Positions 25,201 through 40,783 of a DNA stretch of 64,000 nt are shown piece after piece. The notes under the pieces were generated by a model. That model was not told where the DNA came from. It saw nothing but the letters and a program-made list of their open reading frames with translations, and did not search any database. The stretch's first letter is position 1. Every line of letters begins with the position of its first letter. Source of the DNA: Auanema rhodensis (Eukaryota > Animalia > Nematoda); assembly GCA_964057225.1 (NCBI GenBank), contig OZ059894.1:13392001-13456000 (forward strand), written 5' to 3'. A program made the position numbers and the translations under genes.

Positions 25201-28200
25201 ATTGTCGCAGGTTGGTTCACAAGCTGTTCCACACTGCACTGGTACTTCATTCAAGCCATACACGCAAACTGGAAAATCGCTTTGAAGTACTGATATCTTC
25301 TTACTGAAGCTTACCTGGAGGAGGCCTTGTAGGAGGATATGTTGGTGGAGCGGTAGGGGGGTGTGTAGGCCTGGTAGGACGAGTGGGTCTAGTAGGGCGT
25401 GTGGGGCGAGTTGGAGGAGTTGGGTAAGTCGGATGAGTAGGATAAGTTTGTGGATGATCAGGACATTCATCTTCGGTGATACATACACGATCTGGACCTC
25501 TTACATAGCCCTCAGGACACTGGCAAACATCCAATACACATTCATTTGTACAAAACTGAATTGTTTTAGTAAATAATCTAATAATCTGGTAGATAAACAT
25601 ACTGGAGTAAGATTGTCGCAGGTTGGTTCACAAGCTGTTCCACATTCAACCAATACTTCATTTAAGCCATACACACAAACTGAAAAACATTTTTCAAGTA
25701 CCAGCATACTCCACATAAATCTCACCTGGAGGTCTTGTAGCAGGGTATGTAGGGTGATAAGGCTGTGTGGAATACGATGGATATACAGTATTTTTAGGGC
25801 ATTCATCATTTCTCATACAGACGCGATATGGCCCTCTCACATATCCAGGTAGACATTGGCACACGTTTGGTACACATTCATTAGAACAGGCCAGAAATTG
25901 TTGCATGAACATTTAGAAAGCGTTTTGACTGAACTTACTGGGTTAGGATTCTCACAAGTAGGTTCGCACGCAGTTCCACATTCGATAAGGTTTTCGTTCA
26001 AACCGTATTTACAAACTTAAACAGATTATATATTAAAGTTCAATAGAAATCGATTACCGGGTGGTGGTTGGGTTGAAGAATGAACTGGTGGATAGGTATG
26101 ATAAGCTGGCACGCTAGGAGTAGTAGCATATGTTTCTTTTGATGGAAAACATTCACTATATTCAATACATGAACCATCATCACGACGGAAAAGTCCTATT
26201 TGACACTGACAGACGTTTGGAATGCATTGAGAAGTGCAAACCTGAAAATCTGTTTTTCAAAAAAATAGTGAGATATTATCATACTGGTCCAGGATTATCA
26301 CATGTTGGTTCGCAAGCAGAACCACATTCTTTGAGTTCTTCATTGAAGTAGTGTTTGCATACTAAGGTAAAAGTTGAGCATATTAAGAAGATATGAGTCA
26401 AAAACCTGGTGTTGGAGATTTTGTAGGTATAGTCGGATAAACTTCATGAACTGGGTAGGTGATTGGCTTACGGGTATATTCACCACATTCTGCAGGATTG
26501 ATACAAACGCCATCATGTCTACGAACAAGCCCAGGAATGCATTGACAGATATATGGCACACATTGATGATTACAAGTCTGATAAAATGAAATACCACAAA
26601 TAAACTTGTAACGGATGTATTCATAAATAGATAAAGTTGAAAGTTTTCTATAAGCACAATCAAGAGCACAAAACTTACAGGAGTGGGATGCGTACATGTT
26701 GGTTCACATGCTGAACCACATGGTGTCAAAATTTCATTCCAATGTCGTCGGCATGCTGCATCATTATAAACATTAGGATAATTTAATTTAAAAAACACCT
26801 GGAATATTTTCACATTCACTGGGTAGTACACAATCTCCATGTTTGTTTCTCACATAACCTTCAATACATTGGCATTTGCTGGGAATGCATTGCAATGAAC
26901 ATATCTGAATATTGAATTCATTCTAAACAAACATTTCACAATCACGTTTTTCATGTTTTACAGATAATATTAAGCTCTTGTCTTAAGTGTAGTATTGAAG
27001 TCCCGCTATACGATGCAAGAACCATACGGATATTTAAATGTTGAGTGTTATGGCCGCTGTACTTATAGATTTCGAATTTGTTCTCTCTATTCGTTCTTGT
27101 TTGTTGTTGTCCCCCCACGAACGAATCTTGCTGGTAGAAGAATCTCTCGCTTCGTTATTATTCAATCTATTTTTGAACTTTTTTTCCTTTTTTTAAGAAT
27201 ATAGTAACTCTAGTGTATTGCCAACTTCAATCGAATAAAATAAGACAGAAAAGGACTAATTCAGCCTTGCTGCTAAATAGCTAAATATTAGTTAATGTGT
27301 CCTAAACTTATTAAATTCCTATATATAATGAGCGCTCGTTTGTATTTCAAGGTTGTTTAGTTATTTTTAGTTTTCATAAAGAGTTATGAGAAACCAACAA
27401 TTAGTATGAAACTAACTAACCGGATTAATATTGTCGCATGTAGGTTCACAAGCTGAAGCACAGCTAAGTAATTCTTCATTTTCTTTACAATCTGAAATAA
27501 TTCTTTATCCTTATAAGAACAGCCGTCACCATATAATTTAGTCATAGAAGTGAAAATAAATTAAATGAGTTCAAAAGAAATTTTCATTCTATATATTAAT
27601 TAATTATAGCATATAGTTTTATTTGCTTAATATTTTTTTACGTGGAACATAAATTTTATAGTTTATTTGAAAATTTTTCGTTTTAAACGTATATGAATTA
27701 ATTGTAATTAATTTGATTTATACTAATAGTTATAAAGCAAAAATAGAAGTTATGTTAGTTGTAAGAACGAAATAGAGAAGTTTTCAATAAGTTTTCGATT
27801 TCGATTTTCATTTTAATGAAAATAACTTTATGTTTAAGATGTAGTTAGATACTTTGATACTGTAAAGATTACATCAAGTTCAAACTAAGTCAGTTTTTGT
27901 AGACAGCTATAGAATAAAATAGCAAATAGTTCTTATTACGTTTGGAAATTTATTAAAACTGAACTCACCTCCATCACACAGCGAACCATAGCAAGGAATT
28001 TTAACGTAATGTCCTGATGGAGGTCCAATGTTTTCTCCTGGTGGCATTACAATCACTCCAGGTGGGTGCACCACTACTGATGGCTTCACAATTGAAGGTG
28101 GGCCAACTACTACTGGTGCAGGTGGTCGAACAATACCATTTACGGATGTTAGACCATTAACTTCAGATATTGAGACGACATTTCCATTAGAAATTGTTAG

Positions 28201-28974
28201 TACATTATTTGAAGATATTCCGTTTTTCGTTGGAGGAATAATGGTATTTGTAGGAGACAAGATATTGTTTTCAGGTTTGAAGAAGTTTTCTACAAATGAT
28301 TGTGCAAAATCCTTGGTTGATCTAGTGGGAAAAGAAGTGGTTCTCGTTCCACCTGGTCTTTTAGTGGATTTTTTTACTTGTGAGCACTTGTCTTCTGGTA
28401 TGCATTTGTTAGTTTGTTCATTCATGAGGTATCCTTCTCGGCATTGACAAGTTTGTTTCGCACATCCAGGAATAGGGCGGCATATCTTAATCATCTCTAC
28501 GATTAAGAAATAAGCTAGATTTAAATACTGACCCTTGCGCATGTTGAGACACAGCCTTGTTCACAAGCCATAGCCATATTTTCTCCACATGCTGCAGAAA
28601 CAAAATCAAATTTTTAAAAAAACCTAGTACAAAAGTACGCAAACCTTCTCTGCTCCATCCTTCTCGTCGAAATTTGATCCGCTGGTACGGTACAAAAGAA
28701 AAGTCACGATGATACTTTTTTCCGGGTACTGTAATGAAGAATTTTAAAAAATCTTCCATACTTTTATAATATCTTTGGTATCTTCCACTTTATTGTTTTA
28801 TTACATACGCAAATGATTAAATTATAAATCTATAACTTACTTGAATGGCGTGAATAATATATATGATCTGCTAGAGAAAATACTATGATACCAGGTAAAA
28901 TACCTAGTATTAGTGCTGTTATCCAACTCTATAGAAAGCATTTTTTTTTAAATTAGTCTCAACTTTACCTGCAT
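19235..28974 (-). CDS. Large secreted protein with about 21 TIL (trypsin-inhibitor-like) domains, Pro/Thr linkers and a mucin/extensin-like tail
   Basis: Signal peptide [22 protein letters not shown]; repeated CGTACEPTC...C...C..CQC..GYVR....C....C units, each split over two exons; terminal exon rich in T/K/P. Confidence 0.85.
19420..19830 (-). repeat. Coding 30/60-bp repeat (PITPPTVKI[V/A]K / [11 protein letters not shown])
   Basis: Visible in ORF 19235..20278. Confidence 0.9.
20968..21084 (-). repeat. Coding 12-bp repeat (KPTV)n
   Basis: (ttaactgttggt)n on the plus strand. Confidence 0.9.
22070..25690 (-). repeat. Tandem array of about 10 near-identical 354-381 bp exon-intron-exon-intron units, one TIL domain each
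   Basis: ORF-track periodicities of 354 (22600, 22954, 23308) and 381 (23780, 24161, 24542, 24923); introns are also nearly identical. Confidence 0.95.
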
Positions 28975-29097
28975 TGTTTTACAAGAGTAACTGAACAGCA
29001 CTGCATCATTCTTAGTTAGTCACATTATATACCCCTTGATTTCTTCTTGACCTCGGTTTTGCTTGATCACGGCAGTACTGAAACACATTTTCTGCTG

Positions 29098-31247
29098 ATG
29101 GTCAAACAAGGTTAAGTTACTGTTTTCATATTGTTCCAACTTATTCCAGTTTCTTATAACTTCAGTTCTCAGTGTTTATTCTAGTTCCTGCTCCACTGCT
29201 AATAATTTTTCTGCTCCATCGCTAAATCAAACGCTTGGCGGATGAAGAGCCCAGTTAAGCTGTTTAAGCTTCATTATTGAATTTCGTCCCTTTATAAGAT
29301 TGGTCAATAATTTTCTTCTAACTATTTGAGCTTATACCATCATCGTTTTTATATAAAAGAATATCTTTAATTTTTTATGAAGTCTCAAATATGTGTTTGG
29401 TTCTTTTAAAGTGTTCATAGCTCAGATACATTTGAAATCACGCTGTGTGGAACATGAGCCTATGAAAATTTCAACAAGTGTAGAAAGTACTAACGCAGAG
29501 GATTCACTAGTGCAATATCAAGATGTTACAAGAGGTAATTTATAACTATAAATTACTTTTCTTAATTTTATTTCAGCAGAAAGGTCCAGACTATGGAGCG
29601 ATGATCGTACGGGGTGCTGCAGGAGTTGTAATCGCAATTTCTCTCAGTCTTATTCTGTTGGTTGTGGGCAATTTGATATACACAAGCTTAACAGACAAGG
29701 GAGAACTTCGGCGCCGGGTTCGATGAATCGAGTTTAAATGCATATAATGATAACATTTCTTCAGAAACATCATTAGCTGTGAACTTACGTGCAAAAATAT
29801 CTTCTTTGTCTAATTCTACTTTATTTACTTATTTGAAACCTTATTTTTCTTCTAGCTCAACGTTAGTCAGGTTTGCTTGCGGTATATCTTCAATATATTC
29901 AATACCCCTATATGAAATATAGCAATCAGCCTGGCATTTCCCGATCCCACGAGCAGAAGTCAGTCAATCAATCAGATTCTGTGACATACGACGAGTTTTC
30001 CACAAAGGCTTTCGCTTCTGTTTCATCTGATATTAGTTTTGATAATAGTATGTTATTTTTTACATGGTTAATGCATAATATTATCATTATGTGCTTGTCC
30101 CATTTTTTTCCTGTCATTCTCATTACTAATATTATTCTATATCTTCAAAAAATGTCTTTAATTTGTTTTGGAATGTTCTAGCTCATCTTATCATGAAATT
30201 CTTTAAGATATGCCTACCGCTTCGCAAAAATGTTCCAGCATTCTTTCCACAGTTCCGAAAATCTGTAAATATCGGTAATTGTTTTCAAAATCATTTGATT
30301 ATAGTATTTTTTCAATTGCAGTAATAAGACTCCACTTTGTCCTTGCTTCCCACAAGCAGCATCCGATTCCAATACAGACACAGAGGATGAGGAATCTTTA
30401 ATTGACGTAAATGTTAATATTGATGAAGCATTAAAAAATAGGCTTGCTGTTACTGGCCAGGTTCCTATTCAAAAGCCTTTTGTGAAGCCAAACCAAGGTG
30501 CGATGCTATGGTTTTAACTCTGACAATGTATGGTTTAAGAAATGGTTATTCATAAAATTGTTGAATACTCTTATCATTTGGTGCCTGACATGAAAGATAT
30601 ATATGCATCAAGTTATTATTGGGGGGCAATGGATAGGTTTAAAGCAGAAGAGTTATTGGAAAATAAACCAGAAGGTTTGATTGTATGTGATACCAGTACT
30701 TATTGATCTTTGCTGCAGGAACATTTCTTCTTCGTGATAGTGTCCAGAATGACTTTCTGTTTTCGGTATCATTTCGTAGATTTCAAAGAACATTGCACGC
30801 TAGAATTGAGCAGGTAGACAAAGTCCTGGCTATAAAAATCCAATAATATATTTGAAGAATTCTCATCGGTTTGGATTTGATATTTTTGATGATACTATAT
30901 ATTCTGCCGATACTATTACAGCATTAATAGAAAATTATAAAGATGTTTACAGGTTATTATTATTTTTTATTATAAGTTATTAATAATTATTTTCCAGGTG
31001 TTTATTCTTTGAGCCACAATTAACCCTTCCTTTGCATCGTAACTTTGTATTTTCATTGCAGGTATAACTTCTAATATATTAATATAATTTTAATATCGTA
31101 TTACAGGATCTTTGCCGCTCTACAGTAGCTAGTTGTACTACTTATACAGGAGTGTCAAAATTGCAAATACCACAAAAACTAAAACAATTCATTCGTCAAT
31201 ATTATTATACTGTGAGCGTTAGGACTGTTTTAAAACCTCATGAGTGA
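29098..31247 (+). CDS. SOCS4/5-type SH2 + SOCS-box protein (5' exons less certain)
   Basis: [40 protein letters not shown]...[18 protein letters not shown]...LFFEP...FSLQDLCR...[16 protein letters not shown]; N-terminal exons join in phase. Confidence 0.88.
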
Positions 31248-31444
31248 TTGCCATCTCTAGTCATAATTAAAATATCTGTACAGCTAGCGAATATTGTTTT
31301 ACTTTCTTGGCACAATTGTGAAATATAAATAAAAAATATTAAATGCATTCTTTGTTATCCTTTGACCAGTAACAATCACATAAAATTGAAAAACCCAGTA
31401 ACTGTTTACAGTTTAACACATAAAGTACTATATATGTAAGTTGT

Positions 31445-32592
31445 TTAGAGCTCATCTCTCTTGAATAACTTTTCGAGTACAATTTCGAAATGAAGATAAG
31501 AATTTGGAGGAATTCTTGGTGGTCTTCCTTTCTCTCCGTACCCTATATGGTAATTAATTATTTGAAATAATAATAGACCTAATTACCTAACTCTGGAGGA
31601 ATAACTACCTTTCTTCGTTCCCCTTCACACATTCCGTCCATAGCAACATCCATACCATCAATAACCTAATATAAAAACATATTTAGTGAACTGATGCTTG
31701 TATCTATCTACCTGTTTGTTTCCTAGAACAAAAACAAAAGGTCTGTTGCGACTCCAGCTGGAATCGATGAATGATCCATCTTCCAAGTAAAGAGTATATT
31801 GTTGATGAAGAGTGTCACCTTTGGCAGCTTTTTTACATTCAGCCTCATCAATCTCGTGAGTAACCTAGGTTTCGCTTTATTGTATACAACTTATTTACTT
31901 TTTAAACATACGGTAATATGAACTCCATCATCAGTAATCCACTTATCTCCAGCTCGTGGGCGGAAAATACTTTTAAGTTCAACGAAATAATACAAAGTTT
32001 CTCCTTCCTGAAGTAAACGAATCATGATACAAAAAGAGAAGCAAAGAACGTACAGCAATGTTGTCGGAATCTCTACCCGAGTCTCCAAAGCCTTCGTCAG
32101 CGGGAATGACAACCTGGACTATTCAGTTACTCTATTTACGAGTAATAGGTATAATACCTTTCTTTGTTCACCAGAGCACATTCCTTCCATAGCAATGTCC
32201 ATACCTCGAATTACCTCACCGCGTCCAAGAACGAAGGTAAATCTAAATATAGTAAGTTTAAAATTAATTTTCTCTCTCGTGAGAATATAGATATCTGATA
32301 ATCTTAAACTACTAGTCTAGCTCAGAATTTCCCTTACGGTTTTCCTCCGAAGTTGCTACCAACAACTTTTCCTTCCTTGTTAGTTAACTTATAGAACTGC
32401 TCAAGAGTATCACCTACTTCAGATTTGATTTTGCATTTAGAATCTTAAATTATTTAAATTTTAAAGATTAATAAAAGTAGAAATACCTGGAATTTTCTTA
32501 ATTATTTCAATCTTAATTCCTTCTTCAGTTGTCCATGAACGTTGGTCGGCTAACGCGATTCCAACCAGAACACAAATAACAGCAAGTCTCAT
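31445..32592 (-). CDS. ER-luminal two-domain FKBP peptidyl-prolyl isomerase (fkb-3/4/5 type)
   Basis: Signal peptide [36 protein letters not shown], second FKBP domain, C-terminal RDEL. Confidence 0.92.
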
Positions 32593-32869
32593 TTTGAGAA
32601 TTTAGTTTAACTACTAAAAATAATAACATTATGTTGGTGAGGAAAAAAGACAATGCTCTACGCATATGAAGAGTTGCACTACTGTTTAGTGTAATCTAAC
32701 AAGGTCATCATATATACAAAATATATGGCATCAGTACTTCAAACCATTTGAAATGAACTAATTTACATTTAAGCTGTAGTACTTTGAAGTATTTAGAAAC
32801 TATTGCGAAGTGCAACATTTTAAAAAGAGTTAAAACAAATTTGAAGAGTTGAAATTTCAAGGTAATATC

Positions 32870-33104
32870 GGATATAAATTAATTCTACTAAGATCAATAA
32901 GACAGAAAAGTGAATGTAATCGATGTTCAAGGACGAGATGACCCAAATATAAGGTGTGCGTTGGAAGATGTTCAGGTGTCTGGACCTCTATATAGCGGAT
33001 GTATTTGTTGGAGGAATAGAAAGATTCTTGAAAATCTGGAGAATAAAACAGAAATCCCTTTGCTACGCCTCGAATCAATCGAAAAACTCGTTCGTGCACA
33101 TTGA
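32870..33104 (+). pseudogene. Possible decayed glutaredoxin-like fragment
   Basis: Across three frames KLILLRSIRQK / VNVIDVQGRDDPNIRCALEDV / LYIADVFVGGIERFL / ENKTEIPLL follows the order of the Grx C-terminal half; needs about 3 frameshifts; no CxxC. Confidence 0.3.
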
Positions 33105-33276
33105 AACAACCGAACTGGGTTCATGCATAATGTTTGTAATGTCAAATGTCATAAAGTTTATTTCCAATTTATACTTATTTAATAGAATAATAATGTACAT
33201 GGTATTACTTTTATTGTATTTATAGATTTAAACATTTATGTTTACCACACATTTTATCTTGAAAAACGTTTCATTC

Positions 33277-36134
33277 TTAGTTAATATCATCATCTGTCAT
33301 GTAATTCTTTACCATATAAGCGAACTCATCGTAATCAATTACACCGTTGCCATCAACATCAGCCTACAAGTTGTTTTTAAAATATCTGATTGTTATTGAT
33401 ATACTACTTCAAGAAATATTTCTTCTATTATCTGGCTGTCTGTAATATCTCCCAGTTCACGTAAAATATATTGAAAATCCCTTTTAGAAATCGAACCTGA
33501 TTCAGACTGAAAATAGGATAAAATAATTGCTCAAACATCGTAAAAAAATTTTTAGTATTGGAAATGTATATCTTGTTACTGTTATTTATTAGAAAGATCG
33601 GAAATCCAAAAGAAAGGAATTGTTAAGCAGAACTCGAATGAAACTTAATATATTTGGCGGTATTTCTTGCGAAACGTTCTTATAATCTTTGAAGAATATT
33701 CATTGTTTCTTCAGATTGCTTGTTTCGTTCTTCGTTAGAACCAAAAAACTCAATTAATGGAGAAACTGTGTACACGAAAAATATGATTTATTTTTCTCAT
33801 GTCTTTGTTCGGAGTAATTTTAACACTTCTCCCGTTGAAGAAATCTTAAATCGCTTCAAATCTCGTTATCTTCTTATAAAGAATTCGAAAAATTGTCTTT
33901 TTTGTTACAACTTGAATATTACAAAGAAAAACTATTCACTGTTTGAATCTAGGATATTTAAAATTATACTAGACAGTAGTGCTTTTTCACTAATCCTTCA
34001 GAAGAAAAATACCAGTCGTTTGAAAATGATAAATCGTATATGTAAGTTATACATTTTAAATAAAGATGTCAAATCTTTAAACCTACTCTGTCAAAAATAG
34101 TGAAGCATTCCTTTACAACTTCATTCCAACTTCTTTTTTTCATATATAAACGACGCATAACTATACAAAATTCATCAAAATCTATTTGATGATTGCCACG
34201 TTGATCAACCTAAAAAAAAGCTTCAATAAACATTATACATTTAACAGGATAAAGATAAATATCTAAGTATATACCTCATCAATTATTTTGTCCAGTTCGT
34301 CTCTTGTTTGGTCTAAACCCAAGTTGCGAATAGCAGTTTCCAGCTCATCTAATGCAATGGCACCGCTTCTATCTGTAGTGCACAAAATAATAAAAGAGAA
34401 CCTCAAAGAAAAAGTACCTGTATCAAACATGTTAAAGACTTGCCGATATTCTGCTAACTCTTCTTCCGTGTACGTATCCATCGATTCTTTAAGAAGAAGC
34501 TCAGTTTGTCCATTACTAGATGTGTTCATGTCATTACGATCGGAGTGCAATTTTAGCTAAAAAAGATCTATTTGAATTCTTTAAATATAGCTTTTGCTTT
34601 AATAATTTTTTTCAATTTTTATATTAAAATATATCCAATTCTTTCCGGATTTTATTATGCACAATCGACTATTACATGATGCGTGAAATTGACTCATTCT
34701 TTATTACCGGATATAATCGGATTTCAACATATATCTGAACAATATCACAGAAACACCCCTATATAGCATATATAAAATATGAATATTAGAAAGCATTTAA
34801 CGTAAATTAAAGGGAAAACTAAACCTTTCTGAATGAGCCCTGTGTTAATAAGGCACGTGGTGAATTGAAGCAACCGTTAGCAACCATTTTCGAGGACCCA
34901 ATTTTAAGTCTGCGAAAAGACATTTTTGGTCAAAAGTAATTAATGGTAGACCAAAGAATAGAATAGGAGGATTTTATATTAGGTTAACTTGAAAATTAGG
35001 CTGTTTTGAGTTGAAATGCTTATGAGAAACTGAGCACCAGGGTGGGTCTACCAGCGCTTGTAGTTTTAGCCACCTCAATACTTTCAACTCGCTATTGTTC
35101 ATTCTTTCTTTTTCTATATTCCCTCTTTCGTTCAACAACACTCTACTTTTGGTTCTACCCGTTTTCTTTCCATCTCTGGCTCTTGCACTCTCTATAACAC
35201 TATCTCCTTCTATTTTCATATATTTCACTCCTTTTTTTCTTTCTCTCTCTCTGTCTCTCTCAATTTCTCTTTCATTTATTGTCTTCCTCTTTCTGTCTCA
35301 CACTCTCTCTCATTTTCTATCTTTTTTTTTTCTATTTTCATTCATTTTTTCTTACTTCACTTTCAATTCCACTATCTTCCTTTCTCACTTTTGCATTACT
35401 TTCAGCTATTGTCATTGTCTCATTTTCCACATAACTTTTCTCGCCTCTACTTTCTGATAGAACTCATCATGAAACTCGAATGAAACAAAAGCTTTTCAGC
35501 ATTTTCACACTTTAATTGATCTAAAAAAGAAGGTACGGGACATTGAGAAGAAGACGATTTAACAAGGAATAATGATAAGATGGATTTAAATGACTAAAGG
35601 ACAGCATTGAAAAATCGGAGATTGATTCTTACGAGTAATACAAACGACTGTCAACTTCAAGCAACCACACTAGAATATCTATGACACAGCAACGACGTTG
35701 TCAAGGAGAATTTGAAATTAAGACAAAATAATCACTATGCGAAATACAAGATTTTGAAGGCAAGATATTGCAGAAATAGTATTATATAAGCAGTTCCATA
35801 GAAACCAGAAATTAACTAGTATATGGGAATTTTGGCTGACAACCTTCGATAGATTATTTTTTTTAACTGTCAACATTCAGCGGAATAAATCTCTAGATTA
35901 ATGCTACATTTTTTGTGACATTCAAACCAAATAATTTTTCTTTTTTGAGATACAAATCATGAATTACAAAATTTAAATAAGAACATATTTTTTTTATTTC
36001 TGATTAAATAGCTTGTACTCTAAAATAAAAATTTCACTAACCTTGATTGCTTCTATCATTGCGTTGCCTTTACCAGTAGGCTTGTCAGAGCTTTTGTGGC
36101 GCATTAGGCGGACTTGTCTAGCAGATAATGCCAT
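33277..36134 (-). CDS. Calmodulin-like four-EF-hand protein with two alternative first coding exons (ATG 36134 or 34923)
   Basis: EYRQVFNMFD.DRSGAIALDEL, VDQRGNHQIDFDEF, ADVDGNGVIDYDEF; both first exons end in phase 0 and fit the exon starting near 34557. Confidence 0.9.
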
Positions 36135-37600
36135 TGATTGAGTGAAGCTATAGTTGAAAGCAAATAAATTGTTCTGTAACAAAAATTTTGTGTTTTTCTA
36201 ATCATTACACAGAAAAATACGTAAATTAGGTATATGTTTATACGCATCTACATTTATAAATATATAATTAGAAATGTATATACATATGTAAATGTATTCA
36301 TATCTCCATATTCATGAGCTCATTTTAAATAATTGTTGACGTAATGTTTAGGATTGTTACGGCAGAAAAAAATAACATGGAAAAGGGGTAAAACTAGCGA
36401 CTTTTCGATTATTATTTTACTAAAAGAGAAATATAATGTGCTCAGAAAACCGTGTTTTTTTCGATCGTGAGAATAAAAAGGTTTTATAAGCATAAGATTA
36501 TTTCCATCTTCAATTCATTTGATGTTTCTTCAATAACATAAGTATTGATTCAAGATATACTTAACACAAAGGGAATATCATGCATTTTGTAAGAAATCTA
36601 ACGACAAAAGATCATACAAAACTTCCACTGTTCCTCATGATAAAGGAGATATAATTTGTATAAGTTATATTTAAATTTATGCGTAAGCTAAATCTAAATC
36701 AAAAGTAAATGCTGGAAACTTCACTTATGACTTACTTTAGTCTTAAATGCTAAAAGATAGGCGAAAGAACAAGCAAGGGTTTGAGGCACAACAATCAATA
36801 CTAGTACTCTCCAACAATGAACAAAGCTTTTAATATGTCTTTGAAAGTTGCACCAACTTACTAAAATATCCCACATTTACCAGTACTGCTTTTATATCAG
36901 AATAAATAAATAAAACTGATATATGTGTTATCATATCCTATATTTTATCACATTTAATAATAAGAGCTAAATCGTTGGTACCAAAATTAAATGTCACTGG
37001 GTTATCCACATCTGGAAATAAATCCGATAATCTTCGTACCTAATTGTTCCCAAAACTATAATGAAATAATAAATAGACAAATTTGCCTACATAAGTATAA
37101 TCGTGCTATTTGTTGGTAGATCTATAGACAGATTCCTGTTATCAAGAGCCTCTAAAAATACATCAGCTAGAAGGCAATTTTTAAAAATTTGTTAATTATC
37201 GTTTATCTCTTTCCCATTTACACAATCACTGGAATTTTCCAACTTAGAGAACGCAATTAAAACACACGATTATTTTTTTTAACAAAAATATAGAACGAAA
37301 CTGCTTGATTTGATAAAAATTATCTTTCTTTATACGACATTTCTGAACATATACTACCATAAATTTATGATTCTCAAGTGCTCTATAACTTAACAGCATA
37401 TCTGCATTTATTTTATTTTATTTTTCCAAAATTCAAAATTTTCAAACTAATCTATGTTCTTCCACACATCAAAAACATGATTCTGAAATAATTTTCCGTT
37501 TCACAATTTAATTCTGCTCTATTTATCTTAACATGGAAGATACAATATGCATTAACTTATCAGAATGCACATCAAACTATCTTCGGCTAAATCCACTTTT

Positions 37601-37724
37601 TCTGTAGACCCAGACAGCCAAAAGATTTGCTTGCTGTTTACGTTGTAAAGACAGTGCACTGGTCCGACGTTATTCAAGTCGAACCTACGGGTGCAGTGGT
37701 CGGAACGACTGCTTACAGATTTTT
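37601..37724. ncRNA. Candidate structured small RNA (unclassified)
   Basis: GC-richer island with closing stem TCTGTAG/TTACAGA, three internal hairpins, then T5. Confidence 0.3.
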
Positions 37725-37996
37725 CATTGTTTATGCTCTTACGAATATTTTAAATGAATCGTTCAAGTTGAATATTATCAATGCTTGTACGCGATCGCCT
37801 TTTTATCTTATTGACAAAAGTGGTTTTTTATTTCGCCCACTTTGGCATTTTCGATCTCTTCTTAAACTGCGTAGTTTTCGGAAATGTCGATTTTCTCAAT
37901 ACTGATTAAAAACTTATTTCTACACATCATTACATAATATAATGTTTCTTTCACAGTCTGCGAAATATCATATAATTGTAATGCTTTATTCAGAAG

Positions 37997-40783
<2,787 letters not shown>

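Noticed and set aside
22070-25690. CRISPR-like or transposon reading of the tandem array
   Set aside because: Units are coding exon/intron modules with no spacers, terminal repeats or transposase
33720-34100. 126-aa ORF antisense within the calmodulin-like intron
   Set aside because: Non-ATG start, low-complexity AT-rich translation, no recognisable domain
35095-35457. 120-aa hydrophobic F/S/L ORF
   Set aside because: Product of a CT-rich low-complexity tract
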